Below, in pieces: positions 28,920-39,894 of a DNA stretch of 64,000 nt (position 1 is the first letter of the stretch; each line of letters opens with the position of its first letter). The notes beneath the pieces were generated by a model that saw only the letters and a list, made by a program, of their open reading frames with translations, was not told where the DNA came from and made no database searches. The translations under genes were made by a program, and so were the position numbers. This DNA is from Candidatus Bathyarchaeota archaeon (GTDB lineage Archaea; Thermoproteota; Bathyarchaeia; Bathyarchaeales; Bathycorpusculaceae), in assembly GCA_963702095.1 (NCBI GenBank), contig OY969706.1, positions 768,001 through 832,000 on the forward strand, given 5' to 3'.

Positions 28920-30662
28920 TTAAGATGCTACCCTCTTTGTGGGCAACTCCACTTTTACGGTTGTTCCCTTTTCAAGCACACTTTCTATGGATATTGTTCC
29001 ATCATGTGCTTCGACGTGACGCTTGCAAATCGCTAAGCCAAAACCCATACCCTTCGCTTTGGTGGTATAGAGTGGCGTCCAAAGCTTCCCAATAGTTTCC
29101 TCGGTCATGCCCATTCCGCTGTCCCGGAATGTAAACAACAGCTTATCGTCGGCTGTCTGGCATTTGATTTGCAGTTCACCTCCGTTGGGCATGGCGTCAA
29201 AAGCGTTTTTGATTATGTTGACGAAGACTCGGCAAACTTTGATTTCGTCCGCTTCAAAAGCCGGATTATCCGGGGTTTCATCAACCACTTTGATGTTTGG
29301 CGCCGGCTGGATGAGTGCCAAGGAATCCCTGATTAATCCTTTGGGGGTAACTGAGGCTAGTTGGAGTCGGATTTCGGTTGAGTAATCCAGTAAGTCGTTA
29401 ACTATTTTGTTGGAGTAATCGATGCTTTTGTCCATGCTGTCAAAAATCGCTGCGTCTTCGGCGTCGAGTTTTTTGGCAAACTTTTTCCTTAGATAGTAAG
29501 TGCCGCCTCGGATGCCTGAAAGCGGGTTACGTAAATCATGCCCCAACATGCCCGCTAATTCGCCGATGGATGCGAACCGCTCGGCTCGTAGAAGCTTCTG
29601 CTCCATTAGCTTACGCTCCGTTATGTCATGGAATACAAACGCGTCGCCTACATCTTGCCCTCTATTATCACTAACTACGGAACAGGATAGAAGACAATTC
29701 TTTGTTTGCCCAGCCTTCGTATAGAAAGCGAATTCGTAATCCCTGATTTCCCGCAGGGTTCGCAGTTGGCTTATGACTCGGGGGGTTTGGCTATTTTTAT
29801 CGGTGACATTGGCTTTATCCAGCATTTCCTTGATTGATTTCCCAATAATCTCTTGCTCCCTGTAACCGCTGAGGTCAAGCAAGGATTTGTTTACCTTTAG
29901 GATTTTGCCTTCAAGGTCAGCGATGACTAAGGAATCAGGCATAGTTGAAAAGACGTTTTCTGCAGCAACTTCAAGTCTGAAACTGAACAACTCATATCTG
30001 AACATAGCGTAAACCGTGAGAATGCTTGTTACTGTGCCTGAAATGTTGCCTATCACTGGGATTCTTGTGCCCGAAACAAAAAAGATGGTGTCGGAGGTTA
30101 ATGTGAGGATGACGGGGATGCCTAAGCCTAACACGATGAATTTGGTTTGCTGTTTGCGTTTTTTATCGATGACTTTGCTATGGTAACTTAATAGCACTAA
30201 TATTGCGAGCAACGAAACAACTGCCAACCAGATGCCGTCGAGCCTCGAAATAACTGAATTCGGCGGAAATGCAGGCGCGTAACCCCACGGCATCAAAACT
30301 GGGGTTGTGGAAATCAAATCTGTTGTTAAATCTATGAGGCCTAAAAGCAGGGCTGGAAAATACAGGGCTACATAAACGAGTTTGTTTTTTAATAATTCGC
30401 TTTCGGCGAATGCGAGCGAAAAATGTAGCATAAGCGCAATCAATACTGGCCAAAGAAAAAGGGCTTTATTCCAGAAAACTGCACCGACCAGCGTCGGTGA
30501 GGAGGACAACATGTAAGTGCAGAATGCCCAGTAAGAGTTTAAAAACATCATAAACATGAAAAGTTTATTGACTGTGGCTTTTCTGTTAATGGTGTAAACA
30601 ATTAACCCCAGTATTAGGGAGAGCGCGGTTGCGCAGAGTGAGATAAATTCATAGGGATTCAT
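28920..30662 (-). CDS. Sensor histidine kinase (7TM N-terminus, PAS, HisKA, HATPase)
   Basis: HDLRNPL, NIIKNAFDAM, DSGMGM, TTKAKGMGFGL; DITERK PAS end. Confidence 0.93.
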   Translation of the reverse strand: MNPYEFISLCATALSLILGLIVYTINRKATVNKLFMFMMFLNSYWAFCTYMLSSSPTLVGAVFWNKALFLWPVLIALMLHFSLAFAESELLKNKLVYVALYFPALLLGLIDLTTDLISTTPVLMPWGYAPAFPPNSVISRLDGIWLAVVSLLAILVLLSYHSKVIDKKRKQQTKFIVLGLGIPVILTLTSDTIFFVSGTRIPVIGNISGTVTSILTVYAMFRYELFSFRLEVAAENVFSTMPDSLVIADLEGKILKVNKSLLDLSGYREQEIIGKSIKEMLDKANVTDKNSQTPRVISQLRTLREIRDYEFAFYTKAGQTKNCLLSCSVVSDNRGQDVGDAFVFHDITERKLMEQKLLRAERFASIGELAGMLGHDLRNPLSGIRGGTYYLRKKFAKKLDAEDAAIFDSMDKSIDYSNKIVNDLLDYSTEIRLQLASVTPKGLIRDSLALIQPAPNIKVVDETPDNPAFEADEIKVCRVFVNIIKNAFDAMPNGGELQIKCQTADDKLLFTFRDSGMGMTEETIGKLWTPLYTTKAKGMGFGLAICKRHVEAHDGTISIESVLEKGTTVKVELPTKRVAS

Positions 30663-30919
30663 CTGTTTTCTCTTTCCGTTGGCGTATACTAGGGCTAAAT
30701 GCTGTTTGACAAAATCAACAACAGTTTTTGGATAAATTGGTGTGTGCGATTGGCTTGGAATGACAACTGCTCAGTTTCTGAATGCCTTCAGAGAAAAAAA
30801 CACTCCATGCAATGACTTCTCTGTTAATTGAGAGCGCTTTCTCTATCAGCATACTTTTATCTGTGGCAAAAGAACTACTCTACACGAAAACACGCTTTAC
30901 CAAACAAGGCGGCAAAGGT

Positions 30920-32449
30920 ATGGTTGAACTCAGAGCACAAGAACAACAACTCCTCTGTGCCATCGACAAACAAGGCGGAGACGCCTCAGTGGAGAAACTG
31001 GTTGAATGCTGCGGATTCACCGACGCCGCCGTCATGCGCTCCGCATTAACCCTGCAGGAAATGGGTCTCTTAACCATACAGGCAGCCACAAAAAACATCA
31101 TTAAACTCACCTCCGAAGGCAAAGGCTACTCCCAAAACGGCTTGCCCGAACGCAACCTAATCCGCGCCGTCGCCGAAATGGGAGGCAAAGCCAACCTCGC
31201 CGAAGCAGCCAAAAAAGCAGAGCTTATGCAGCAGTTTGTTCAAATCGCACAGGGCTGGGTAATCCGCAAGAAATGGGCAACCTACTCCTCAGCAGACAAC
31301 AGCTTACGAATCAACGAAACCCTGCTCCACAACATGAATATCCCTGAAGGCTGCGATGAAACCCTCCTCAAGTACTTGGGCGAAAAAGGCCAAGAGGCGC
31401 TTGACGACTTAAGCGGTGACCTCAAAGACGCGGCAGAACAACTCAAAAAACGCAAACTAGTAACTATTGAACCCAAAACCACCCGCATCCTCAAAATTAC
31501 CAGGGCGGGCAAAGAAGCCGCAGGTCAAGCCGCAACCGCAGTGCCCGAAGTCACCAAACTCACTCCTGAACTCATAATCACGGGCAAATGGCGAGAAATC
31601 AAACTTCAAAAATACAACATCGAAGCCCCCGTCGCCAAAACTTGGCCAGGCAAAAAACATCCCTACCTAAGCTTCCTCGACGAAGTCCGCGCTAAACTGG
31701 TGCAGTTGGGCTTCCAAGAAATGACTGGCACCGCTGTGGAAACCAGCTTCTTTAACTTCGATTCTCTCTACGTGCCACAGGATCACCCCGCACGTGAACC
31801 CTCAGACATTTACTACATCCAAGAACCCAAGTACGGCGACGTAGAAAGCCACAGATGCGCAGTTGAGCGGGTGAAGGAGACGCATGAGGACGGCGACGAA
31901 ACAGGCAGCACCGGCTGGGGTTACCGCTACTCTTTCGACGCTGCGAGGCGGTTGCTTCTGCGTGGACACGGCACATGCCTCAGCGCCCGAACCCTAGAAG
32001 CAGGCAAATATGTGGTGCCCAGTCGCCACTTCAGCATCGCCCGAGTGTACCGCCCTGAAATAACCGACCGCACGCATCTGAGCGAATTCAACCAGGTGGA
32101 AGGCATCATACTCGACGAAAAACTAACCTTAAAAGACCTCTTAGGCGTCTTGGGCAAGTTTGCGCTCGAGATTGCGGGCGCCGACAAAGTCCGCTTCAAA
32201 CCCGATTATTTCCCCTTCACCGAACCCAGCGTCGAACTCAGCGCCTACAAGGAGGGCTATGGCTGGATTGAATTCGGCGGTTCAGGCATATTCCGCCCTG
32301 AAGTCACCGTGCCACTCGGCGTCAAAGCGCCCGTCATCGCATGGGGCTTGGGTGTGGATCGGTTGTTTATGATGCGCTCGGGAATTAGTGATATCCGCAT
32401 GATTTTTAGTCAGGACCTTGATTGGCTGCGCAAAAAACAGGTGACCTAA
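30920..32449 (+). CDS. pheS: Phenylalanine-tRNA ligase alpha subunit (archaeal long form)
   Basis: NFDSLYVPQDHPAR, YFPFTEPS, AWGLGVDRL; start MVELRAQ at 30920. Confidence 0.96.
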   Translation: MVELRAQEQQLLCAIDKQGGDASVEKLVECCGFTDAAVMRSALTLQEMGLLTIQAATKNIIKLTSEGKGYSQNGLPERNLIRAVAEMGGKANLAEAAKKAELMQQFVQIAQGWVIRKKWATYSSADNSLRINETLLHNMNIPEGCDETLLKYLGEKGQEALDDLSGDLKDAAEQLKKRKLVTIEPKTTRILKITRAGKEAAGQAATAVPEVTKLTPELIITGKWREIKLQKYNIEAPVAKTWPGKKHPYLSFLDEVRAKLVQLGFQEMTGTAVETSFFNFDSLYVPQDHPAREPSDIYYIQEPKYGDVESHRCAVERVKETHEDGDETGSTGWGYRYSFDAARRLLLRGHGTCLSARTLEAGKYVVPSRHFSIARVYRPEITDRTHLSEFNQVEGIILDEKLTLKDLLGVLGKFALEIAGADKVRFKPDYFPFTEPSVELSAYKEGYGWIEFGGSGIFRPEVTVPLGVKAPVIAWGLGVDRLFMMRSGISDIRMIFSQDLDWLRKKQVT

Positions 32450-32450
32450 G

Positions 32451-34160
32451 ATGCCGACGATAGATGTTGACTACGCTGAACTGGAACGTTTACTCCATGT
32501 GTGCTTGAATGGTGACATGGAGAAACTCGACGATATTTTGGCTTATGTTAAAGCTGAAGTGAAAGGCTACGACCAAAAAGAAGGCTCCCTTAGCATTGAG
32601 ATGAAGGATACTGCGCGCTCTGACCTCTGGAGTGTGGAGGGCTTAGCAAGGGCGTTGCAAGGCTACCTCGGAGGGGAAATGGGCCTCAAAGCCTACTCCG
32701 CCGGCGAATCCGCGGTCGACGTCTACGTGGACGCCAACCTCTGCCCTATCCGACCCTACATCTGCTGCAGCGTCGTCAAAGACATCCGCCTCTGTGACGA
32801 AGTCATCAAAGGCATCATGCACCTACAAGACAAACTTGACCAGACACAGGGCAGGAGCCGCCAGAAAACCAGCATCGGCATCTACAGCCTCGACTTAATC
32901 AAGCCGCCCATCCAGTACAAAGCCGTCAAACCCCAAGATGTCGCCTTTGTGCCGTTGGGCTTCACAGAAAACATGGCGCTCGACGAAATCCTCGAAAAAC
33001 ACCCCAAAGGCCAAGAATACGGCCACATAGTCAAACGCAACACACTCTACCCGATGCTGTTTGACAGCGAAGGCAAAGTGCTCTCGTTCCCCCCCATCAT
33101 CAACAGCAGCGACTTGGGCAAAATCACCGAGGACAGCCGCAACCTTCTCGTCGAAGTCACAGGTACACTGCACAAAACCGTGCTCAACACCTTGAACTTG
33201 GTAACTTTGGCGTTGATTGACCGTGGAGGCAAAGCCTACAGCGCAACCATTCATTATCCCAAAGGCGCCGAATACACAGAGGACATGGTGGTGACGCCTG
33301 ATTTTAGTAATCGCCGCTGGGAACTCAGTGTGGAAGAGACTAATCGCCTGTTGGGCTTAAAGTTGACTGCGGAAGAGATCGCCGATTTACTGGGCGTCGC
33401 GGGGTTAGGCGTGGAGAAAGTCGCCGCTGACAAACTTACCGTGCTGGTGCCCTGCTACCGCATAGACGTCATGCACCAAGTGGACATCATCGAGGACGTC
33501 GCCATCGCTTACGGTTACAACAACATAACGCCGCTGTGGCGTGAGCTGCCCACCACTGGTAAAGCCAAAGCCGACGAGCATCTTATAGGCATCGCAAGGG
33601 ACCTAATGGTCGGGTTAGGCTACCAAGAAGTCCTCAACACCACCCTAACCAACCCCGAAACGCTCTTCAAAAAAATGAACATTCCATCGAACCCCGTTAT
33701 CGAGTTATCCAACCCCAAAGTCAACACCATGACATGCCTGCGCAACTGGCTCCTGCCCGGACTCATTGAGTTCCTTAGCATCAACCAATCGGTGGAGTTT
33801 CCCCAGAGAATCTTTGAACTCGGCAAAGTTACCTTACCCGACGACACAGCGGAGACCAAGACACGGGACGAAAACTGGCTCTCAGCCGTAACTGCGCACC
33901 CAAACGCCAACTTTAGCGAAATCAAATCTGCCCTGGACTCGTTTATGGCGAATTTCGGCGTCGAGTTCCAAATCCAAGAGGCGGCGCATCCGAGTTTTAT
34001 CGAGGGCAGAGTGGGCAAAATCATAGTTGACGGCAAAGAAGTCGGCGTGGTCGGTGAAATCACTCCATTGGTGCTTGAAGCGTGGAAGCTTGAGAATCCA
34101 GCGGCGGCGTTTGAACTTAACTTTCAAACCTTAGCCAACCAAAAAACCTGTCCACAGTAA
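32451..34160 (+). CDS. pheT: Phenylalanine-tRNA ligase beta subunit
   Basis: MPTIDV, LQDKL, SFPPIINS, DIIEDVAIAYGY, SFIEGRVG. Confidence 0.96.
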   Translation: MPTIDVDYAELERLLHVCLNGDMEKLDDILAYVKAEVKGYDQKEGSLSIEMKDTARSDLWSVEGLARALQGYLGGEMGLKAYSAGESAVDVYVDANLCPIRPYICCSVVKDIRLCDEVIKGIMHLQDKLDQTQGRSRQKTSIGIYSLDLIKPPIQYKAVKPQDVAFVPLGFTENMALDEILEKHPKGQEYGHIVKRNTLYPMLFDSEGKVLSFPPIINSSDLGKITEDSRNLLVEVTGTLHKTVLNTLNLVTLALIDRGGKAYSATIHYPKGAEYTEDMVVTPDFSNRRWELSVEETNRLLGLKLTAEEIADLLGVAGLGVEKVAADKLTVLVPCYRIDVMHQVDIIEDVAIAYGYNNITPLWRELPTTGKAKADEHLIGIARDLMVGLGYQEVLNTTLTNPETLFKKMNIPSNPVIELSNPKVNTMTCLRNWLLPGLIEFLSINQSVEFPQRIFELGKVTLPDDTAETKTRDENWLSAVTAHPNANFSEIKSALDSFMANFGVEFQIQEAAHPSFIEGRVGKIIVDGKEVGVVGEITPLVLEAWKLENPAAAFELNFQTLANQKTCPQ

Positions 34161-34325
34161 ACCATAGGAATCAGTTTTTTTCTATAGTTGTTGTTGACGA
34201 AAACCGCCTATACACAACAACAACCAGCGGGCTTTGCAGCAAATTATGTTTTAGCATCAGCGTTAAATTTAAGCTCCAATCCAGTTGTGCAATTAGCCAC
34301 ATCAAAACAACAAAACCTGAGGAAG

Positions 34326-35123
34326 TTAAAACCATGACAGTGTCCCGTTTTTCCTCGCTTTTCTTAGGCACCAAGCGTACACGCCATACCCAAACGGCAC
34401 AATAATGGCGCACATCAACGCCAAAATCAGTATGTAGGGCAGCACCATCTGTATGGTCCAACCTGTTAGCATCAAGCGTATGCTGGTGAAGAAGTAGTAT
34501 TGGGGCAGCACGTAGCTTATGGCTTGAAGTATCGGCGGCATAACCGTTGGCGGAAACAAAACGTTGCCAAACAGTGTGGTGGCTATGGTTATTAGTGCGG
34601 TGACGGGGTCGCCCTGTTTGGTTAAGATGAGGATGCCTGCGCCGATCATGCTAAAACCCAAAAAGGTGCCGATGCCCAGCGCCAAAACAATCAGGGTGCC
34701 CAAGACGTTGATGCTTAAGTCTACGCCGAAAAATATCACGCCAATAAGCAAATACACCACGACGACGGCGGTGCTCCAGATGAACCCCCAAAGCGAACTG
34801 CCCACAATAAAGGTGCGTAGCCCAGTCGGCGAAACCAGCACTTCTTCTAGCGCCCAGGGGTTGATTGTTTTCTGCACCAGCGTCAACGCCTGCGTGAGGT
34901 AACTGTTGAACGCTAAGCCGATAATGAGGTAGGTGGTAAAGTTCATGTTATACATTTCTTGGACGCTTTGGCTAACAGCACTGTTACCTAAGAACGCGAA
35001 GGAGAGAGCGCCGAAAAGGGCGGTGGCGACCAAGATGACGATGTTGGTTTTGTAGGTGCTGAAGCTGATGATGTCGCGTTTCATGAAGTAAAAAATTTTT
35101 TCCAGTTCATCCCACGCCGTCAC
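34326..35123 (-). CDS. ABC-2 type permease
   Basis: LEEVLVSP, six TMs, RKARKNGTL tail. Confidence 0.85.
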   Translation of the reverse strand: MTAWDELEKIFYFMKRDIISFSTYKTNIVILVATALFGALSFAFLGNSAVSQSVQEMYNMNFTTYLIIGLAFNSYLTQALTLVQKTINPWALEEVLVSPTGLRTFIVGSSLWGFIWSTAVVVVYLLIGVIFFGVDLSINVLGTLIVLALGIGTFLGFSMIGAGILILTKQGDPVTALITIATTLFGNVLFPPTVMPPILQAISYVLPQYYFFTSIRLMLTGWTIQMVLPYILILALMCAIIVPFGYGVYAWCLRKARKNGTLSWF

Positions 35124-36142
35124 GCCTCAGTCCTCCCAGTCAACTCGATAAACGCATCTTCTAAGGTGGGTTCTTCTCGGCGGTAATTCACCAGTTTAAT
35201 GCCTTCCAAATAGAGGAAACTGAAGACAGAGGGCACCGCGTCTACGCCTTTGAGTTCCACACAGAACCCCCTCTGCCCCACGCCCGTGTTGTACTGGTCG
35301 TTTTCTGAGGCGTTGACGACCGCTGGCAAACCGTAGAGTTTTTCGATCTGCGCTGGACTGATGGATTCGACGACTATGTAGATGCGTTCTTTCTCTTTAA
35401 TCATGGCTCGGATCGCGTCGGGGGTGTCACAGGCGATAAGGCGGCACTTTCTTAAGATGCCGATTTGGTCGCATATCTGCGCTGCCTCCTCAATGTAGTG
35501 GGTGGTGTATAACACGGTTTTGCCTGTTTCCCGCACGGTTTGCTGCACGAAATCCCGGATGTTACGCGACGAGATCACGTCTAACCCAACCGTGGGTTCG
35601 TCTAAGAGCAGGATAGGCGGATCAGGAAGCAGCGTTCGCGCCAACGCTAACTTTCGTTTCATGCCGCCCGAGTAGCGTTGGTACAAGTCGTAGACGCTGT
35701 TTTCTAATCCGACGAGCCGCAGCACCTCTAAGATGCGTTCTGGGCGTTTCTGGCGGGGAACGTTGTAGATGGAGGCGTAGAATTCGAGGTTGCGGTAGCC
35801 GTTTAGCCTCCAAAAAAACCCGCGTTCCCCAACACTAAAAAGCGTGCCCAAGGACCGTTTAACCTGCATCGGCTCTTTGAGGATGTCATAGCCGTTGATT
35901 AATGCGGTGCCGCTGTCGGGGGGCAGCAGGGTGCAGAGCATCTTGACGAGGGTGGTTTTGCCTGCTCCGTTGGGTCCTAGGAGCCCAAAAAGCTGCCCTT
36001 TTTTGATGGTTAAGGTGAGGTTGTTTACGGCGTTGAGGGTGACAGTTTTTCGGCGGCTAAGCAGTTTGCTGTGTTCGGCGGGCATTTTGGTTTTGAATGT
36101 TTTTGTTAGGTTGATTGTTTTGATGGCATGTTCGTTCTGCAA
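35120..36142 (-). CDS. ABC-2 type ATPase
   Basis: GPNGAGKTT, YSGGMKR, LDEPT, PTLEDAF. Confidence 0.92.
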   Translation of the reverse strand: MQNEHAIKTINLTKTFKTKMPAEHSKLLSRRKTVTLNAVNNLTLTIKKGQLFGLLGPNGAGKTTLVKMLCTLLPPDSGTALINGYDILKEPMQVKRSLGTLFSVGERGFFWRLNGYRNLEFYASIYNVPRQKRPERILEVLRLVGLENSVYDLYQRYSGGMKRKLALARTLLPDPPILLLDEPTVGLDVISSRNIRDFVQQTVRETGKTVLYTTHYIEEAAQICDQIGILRKCRLIACDTPDAIRAMIKEKERIYIVVESISPAQIEKLYGLPAVVNASENDQYNTGVGQRGFCVELKGVDAVPSVFSFLYLEGIKLVNYRREEPTLEDAFIELTGRTEA

Positions 36143-36266
36143 CCGCTAAACCTCTGATTTTTAAGGGAAAGAATGCACAACAACCATATTTTGCTGTGCT
36201 GAATGAGCATTTTAGGCGTTTTTTTGCAAAAAAAGCCTCAAATACGCAGCCGTACAACCACAGGGT

Positions 36267-36935
36267 ATGCTGCCAAAAGTGGTCGTGTATAATTCAGTTA
36301 GCGTTGACGGCGCAATTAAGGATTTCGACGTAGACATCGCATTGCACTACGAGGTGTTAGGCAGGTTAGGCGCTGACGCGTTGCTTGTGGGTTCCCAAAC
36401 CGCCAAATCCGGCATCGAGTTGTTCCTCAAGGAGGTGCCGCCTGAAGAAGAAAGCGACTATCAAAAACCCTCAACCAGAGCCGGTGACGGACGACCAATA
36501 TGGGTTATTCCCGACAGTCGAGGCATCCTCCAAGGTCTGCTGCATGTTCACCGCAAATCAGGCTACGCCAAAGACATAGTTGTTTTAGTTTCCAAGTCCA
36601 CATCCAAACAGTATCTCGATTACCTAGCTAAGAGGCACTATGATTACATAGTTGCTGGAAACGACCACGTCGATTACCGAGTGGCGCTTGAAGAACTACA
36701 TAGGCGCTTCGGCATAGAAAAAGTGGTAACCGACAGCGGCGGCGTCTTGGTCGGCGTGTTGCTTGAGCAGGGTTTGGTGGATGAGTTGCAGCTGCTTGTT
36801 GCCCCTGAATTGGTAGGCAAAAAAGCGGAGAACCTATTTCGAGGCTTAGGGCGCAGTGTGAAGCTGGAGTTTGTCAGTTGTGACGTCATCAAGGGGCATG
36901 TGCTGTTGAGCTATCGCGTTTCTAAGCGGATGTAG
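36267..36935 (+). CDS. RibD C-terminal/dihydrofolate reductase-fold reductase
   Basis: SVSVDG, DALLVGSQT, DSRG, SGGVL, LVDELQLLVAP. Confidence 0.85.
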   Translation: MLPKVVVYNSVSVDGAIKDFDVDIALHYEVLGRLGADALLVGSQTAKSGIELFLKEVPPEEESDYQKPSTRAGDGRPIWVIPDSRGILQGLLHVHRKSGYAKDIVVLVSKSTSKQYLDYLAKRHYDYIVAGNDHVDYRVALEELHRRFGIEKVVTDSGGVLVGVLLEQGLVDELQLLVAPELVGKKAENLFRGLGRSVKLEFVSCDVIKGHVLLSYRVSKRM

Positions 36936-36970
36936 CTAAGAGTAATGGTATGTGCTGATTGGTCTCTGCG

Positions 36971-37849
36971 TTATTGAACTGGGAGCTTGGCGGAGTCTAT
37001 TTCTGTCATGATTGAGGCGCCATTCCTCCTGACAAGTCGCATCGAAGCAAACACGTTTATGCCTAAAGACACCCAAACCGCCAACAACGTAGGCATTATG
37101 ACATCAGTAATTTGTATACCATAAACAATGCGGTAGGGTGAACTAAAAAGCACACTGAACAGTATCAGCGTAAGCAACATGGTGACTACAAAATGTGCAA
37201 GCACAACAACACGGTACTTCTTCATAACGCTCACGAGACTAAGCAAAGCGTGGTGGGTTTGGCTGTCGCCGACTGGTTGGCGCTGGAGTTTCTTGTAGAA
37301 TCCATGAGAGTAGCCCATATAACTCCAAAGTGAGGTTGTGTCTTTTGAGGCGACCGCCTGCATAAAATAGCGGAATTGGTCGTCTGAGCTGGGGTTTGGC
37401 TGCACCCAATACTTGTAGCCGTAAACAAACCCATAAACCAACACCTCATTTGCCCTCTCGTACCTGCTGAAACAGATACCGCTTACCGCCAAATCAGCAA
37501 TCATAAACGGAAAGAACATGAATAACCCAAACGGCGCATACTCTGCAGAACCCAAAAACGCCAAAACCAAAAGAAACGGCACCATAAACAAAGCCAAACC
37601 CGCCAAAGGCACCTCCCAAACAAACGCTTCAGACTGCTTGGAAAGTTTTGAGAGAACCACTCTGAGTTCTAACACCGCCAACAAGGCTCCTGCGGCGACT
37701 CCGAAAAGTAAGTAGCCAAAGCGGGTTAGGTTTAGCCAGTCCAAGTTGACAGTTGCTAAGTACATGAAAACTGCAATGGGAATGGACACTATGATGGCGT
37801 AGACTAGGCGGGTTTGCCCTATGGGAACGCCTAACTTACCAAGCGACAA
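36971..37849 (-). CDS. Multi-pass membrane protein
   Basis: ~6 hydrophobic segments; no family recognised. Confidence 0.7.
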   Translation of the reverse strand: MSLGKLGVPIGQTRLVYAIIVSIPIAVFMYLATVNLDWLNLTRFGYLLFGVAAGALLAVLELRVVLSKLSKQSEAFVWEVPLAGLALFMVPFLLVLAFLGSAEYAPFGLFMFFPFMIADLAVSGICFSRYERANEVLVYGFVYGYKYWVQPNPSSDDQFRYFMQAVASKDTTSLWSYMGYSHGFYKKLQRQPVGDSQTHHALLSLVSVMKKYRVVVLAHFVVTMLLTLILFSVLFSSPYRIVYGIQITDVIMPTLLAVWVSLGINVFASMRLVRRNGASIMTEIDSAKLPVQ

Positions 37850-37906
37850 TTACTCTTTCAACCAACCAATTACAACGTTGGTTTAAATTAAAAAAAGTTA
37901 TGTATG

Positions 37907-39163
37907 TTAGGCGATTACGATTTTCTTGTCTAAAGCAGCGGCGATGTTGCGTTCGATGGTGTGTTTGAGGTTGCCTATTTTATCCACGGTTTCTTTGTAG
38001 CTGTTGGCCTTGACGGTTTCGTGGGTTTCCACGCTGGTCTTACGAATCTTTAACTGGTCAAGCTGCTCTTGGTGCTGGGTCAAATTCTGCTTTATCTCAT
38101 CCATCTTCGAGGAAGCCAGCAACTGATTGCGGTTAGTAGCCATCTCGGTGCACCGGATCTGCAGGTTAGCAAGCGAATTGTTACGTAGTATTTCGTTCAC
38201 TGTCTGTTCAGCTTTGCGTTGCTTATCGGGCTTGAGTTTAAGCGTGTCCTTAGCCATCATGCCCTCGAGCTTCTCCAAAATCCCCCTCAGTTCAGGGTAA
38301 CCCGGCTGCTCAGACACCAACGCGTCAAAGGGCTGGTCTAGGTACTGGTTGATTTTTTTGAGTTCGTCGGGTGTGATGCCGCCTCCGCCGCCTGAAGTGG
38401 CAAGTGCCTGCATCTTGATGAAGGGTTTCTGGAGGTGCCGCAATGTGTTTTTGAGTTCGTTGCTTAGGTTTTCTATTTCGGCGTTGATGAGGTTGAGTTT
38501 GTCTATGGGTCCTTTGCTTTTTAAGTCGCTGATTTTCTGTTCTAAATCAGAGATTTCCTGCTCAAGCGGTATGCGCTCGTTTTGTATGTTGGTTTTATCC
38601 TGTTCGATGATGGAGAGTTGCTGCTCTATACCTTGCAACTCATTTAGTTGCAAAAGCGCTTCTTCAAGCGTTTTTGTTTTAACATACTCTTTTGTGACGT
38701 AATCGTTTAGGGCGTTGTAGGCTTGTCTGGCTTTTTCGTAGGTCTGCAAGAATCTTCGCCGGTCCATAATGAAGAAGGGGGAGATGCGGGGGAACCAGTT
38801 TTTGATGTCTATGTCGGTTACGTAGAGGACTTTTTGGATTTCTTGCACATAACGGTTCATGCTGTCATATGAGACTTGTTCGGGCGAAGTAAGTTTTCTG
38901 AATCGGTCGAGGAATAACCGAGTGAGTTTGTTGAGGGCTCGGGCGCGGTTGTAGAGTTTCATGTTTCTTTTTTCGATTTCTTTGCCGCTTAAATCGAAGA
39001 GTTGTTTGCTGATGTCTGTTAGGGCTTGGATTTGGAGGTTCATGTTGTCGCGGAGTGTTTTGGCTTGGGCATGGACTGGGGTGAGGACTGTGCTGGTTTG
39101 TGTTTCTAGCCAATGTTTTGCTTCTTCTGAGGATGAGAATTGGGTGGTTGCTTCAGTCAACAA
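37907..39163 (-). CDS. Long coiled-coil hypothetical protein
   Basis: 418 aa, heptad-rich E/K/Q/L composition. Confidence 0.75.
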   Translation of the reverse strand: MLTEATTQFSSSEEAKHWLETQTSTVLTPVHAQAKTLRDNMNLQIQALTDISKQLFDLSGKEIEKRNMKLYNRARALNKLTRLFLDRFRKLTSPEQVSYDSMNRYVQEIQKVLYVTDIDIKNWFPRISPFFIMDRRRFLQTYEKARQAYNALNDYVTKEYVKTKTLEEALLQLNELQGIEQQLSIIEQDKTNIQNERIPLEQEISDLEQKISDLKSKGPIDKLNLINAEIENLSNELKNTLRHLQKPFIKMQALATSGGGGGITPDELKKINQYLDQPFDALVSEQPGYPELRGILEKLEGMMAKDTLKLKPDKQRKAEQTVNEILRNNSLANLQIRCTEMATNRNQLLASSKMDEIKQNLTQHQEQLDQLKIRKTSVETHETVKANSYKETVDKIGNLKHTIERNIAAALDKKIVIA

Positions 39164-39297
39164 GGTTCACGCATCTTAATGTTAGTGTTTGGTTGTTTAT
39201 CAATTTTAGCCATAATTCAATCCAAATTGGCACTCTTTTTTAGGTAGCTACTCTTAAATAGCTAACCGTGCCCATAGAAAACAAGCAGGCAACAGAA

Positions 39298-39894
39298 ATG
39301 AACACAAAAACAAGCACACGAACACTCGCCCTTATCATAATCTTCGTCGCACTAGCAGTCGCGCTAAACGTCTATGGACCGAAAATTCCTTTCCCGCTCG
39401 CCCCCTTCCTCTTCTTTCAGCTGTGGGAAATTCCCATAGTCATAGCATTCCTCGCCATAGGCGTAAAACCTGGTGTCGCCGTAGCAGTCATTAACTCAAT
39501 AGTTCTAGTGTTTGTTTTCCAGGGGGAACTGCCAACTGGTCCCTTTTATAATCTCATAGCAGTCCTATCGATGTTCTTAGGCATATACATCCCATATAAA
39601 ATAGCAACCCTACGCTGTAGAACTGAAAGTCTAACCGAATATCTTAGACACCACAAAGTAATAATCACTATAGCAGCAACAGCCTCAGGCATGGCTACAC
39701 GCATACTCATAACAACGGTCGTTAACTACTTCGCCCTACAGCAGCCCTATCCAATCGGCTTTGGGCTACCCCAAATCGATGCGTTACTCTTCCTACCCGC
39801 AGGCGCAGTCTTTAATGCCATAGTTGCACTATACACTATTCCCTTAGCATTCGCTATAACGGTCGCTGTCACTTCAAGAGTAAAAATACAGTAA
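39298..39894 (+). CDS. ECF transporter S-component-like membrane protein
   Basis: ALAVAL...KIPFPLAPFLFFQLWEIP, six TMs, C-terminal FNAIVALYTIP. Confidence 0.75.
   Translation: MNTKTSTRTLALIIIFVALAVALNVYGPKIPFPLAPFLFFQLWEIPIVIAFLAIGVKPGVAVAVINSIVLVFVFQGELPTGPFYNLIAVLSMFLGIYIPYKIATLRCRTESLTEYLRHHKVIITIAATASGMATRILITTVVNYFALQQPYPIGFGLPQIDALLFLPAGAVFNAIVALYTIPLAFAITVAVTSRVKIQ

Noticed and set aside
30782-30919. N-terminal extensions in ORF track (pheS; also mgtA, SDR, SGNH, release factor)
   Set aside because: Extensions are unlike homolog N-termini and cover promoter-like DNA; downstream starts fit better
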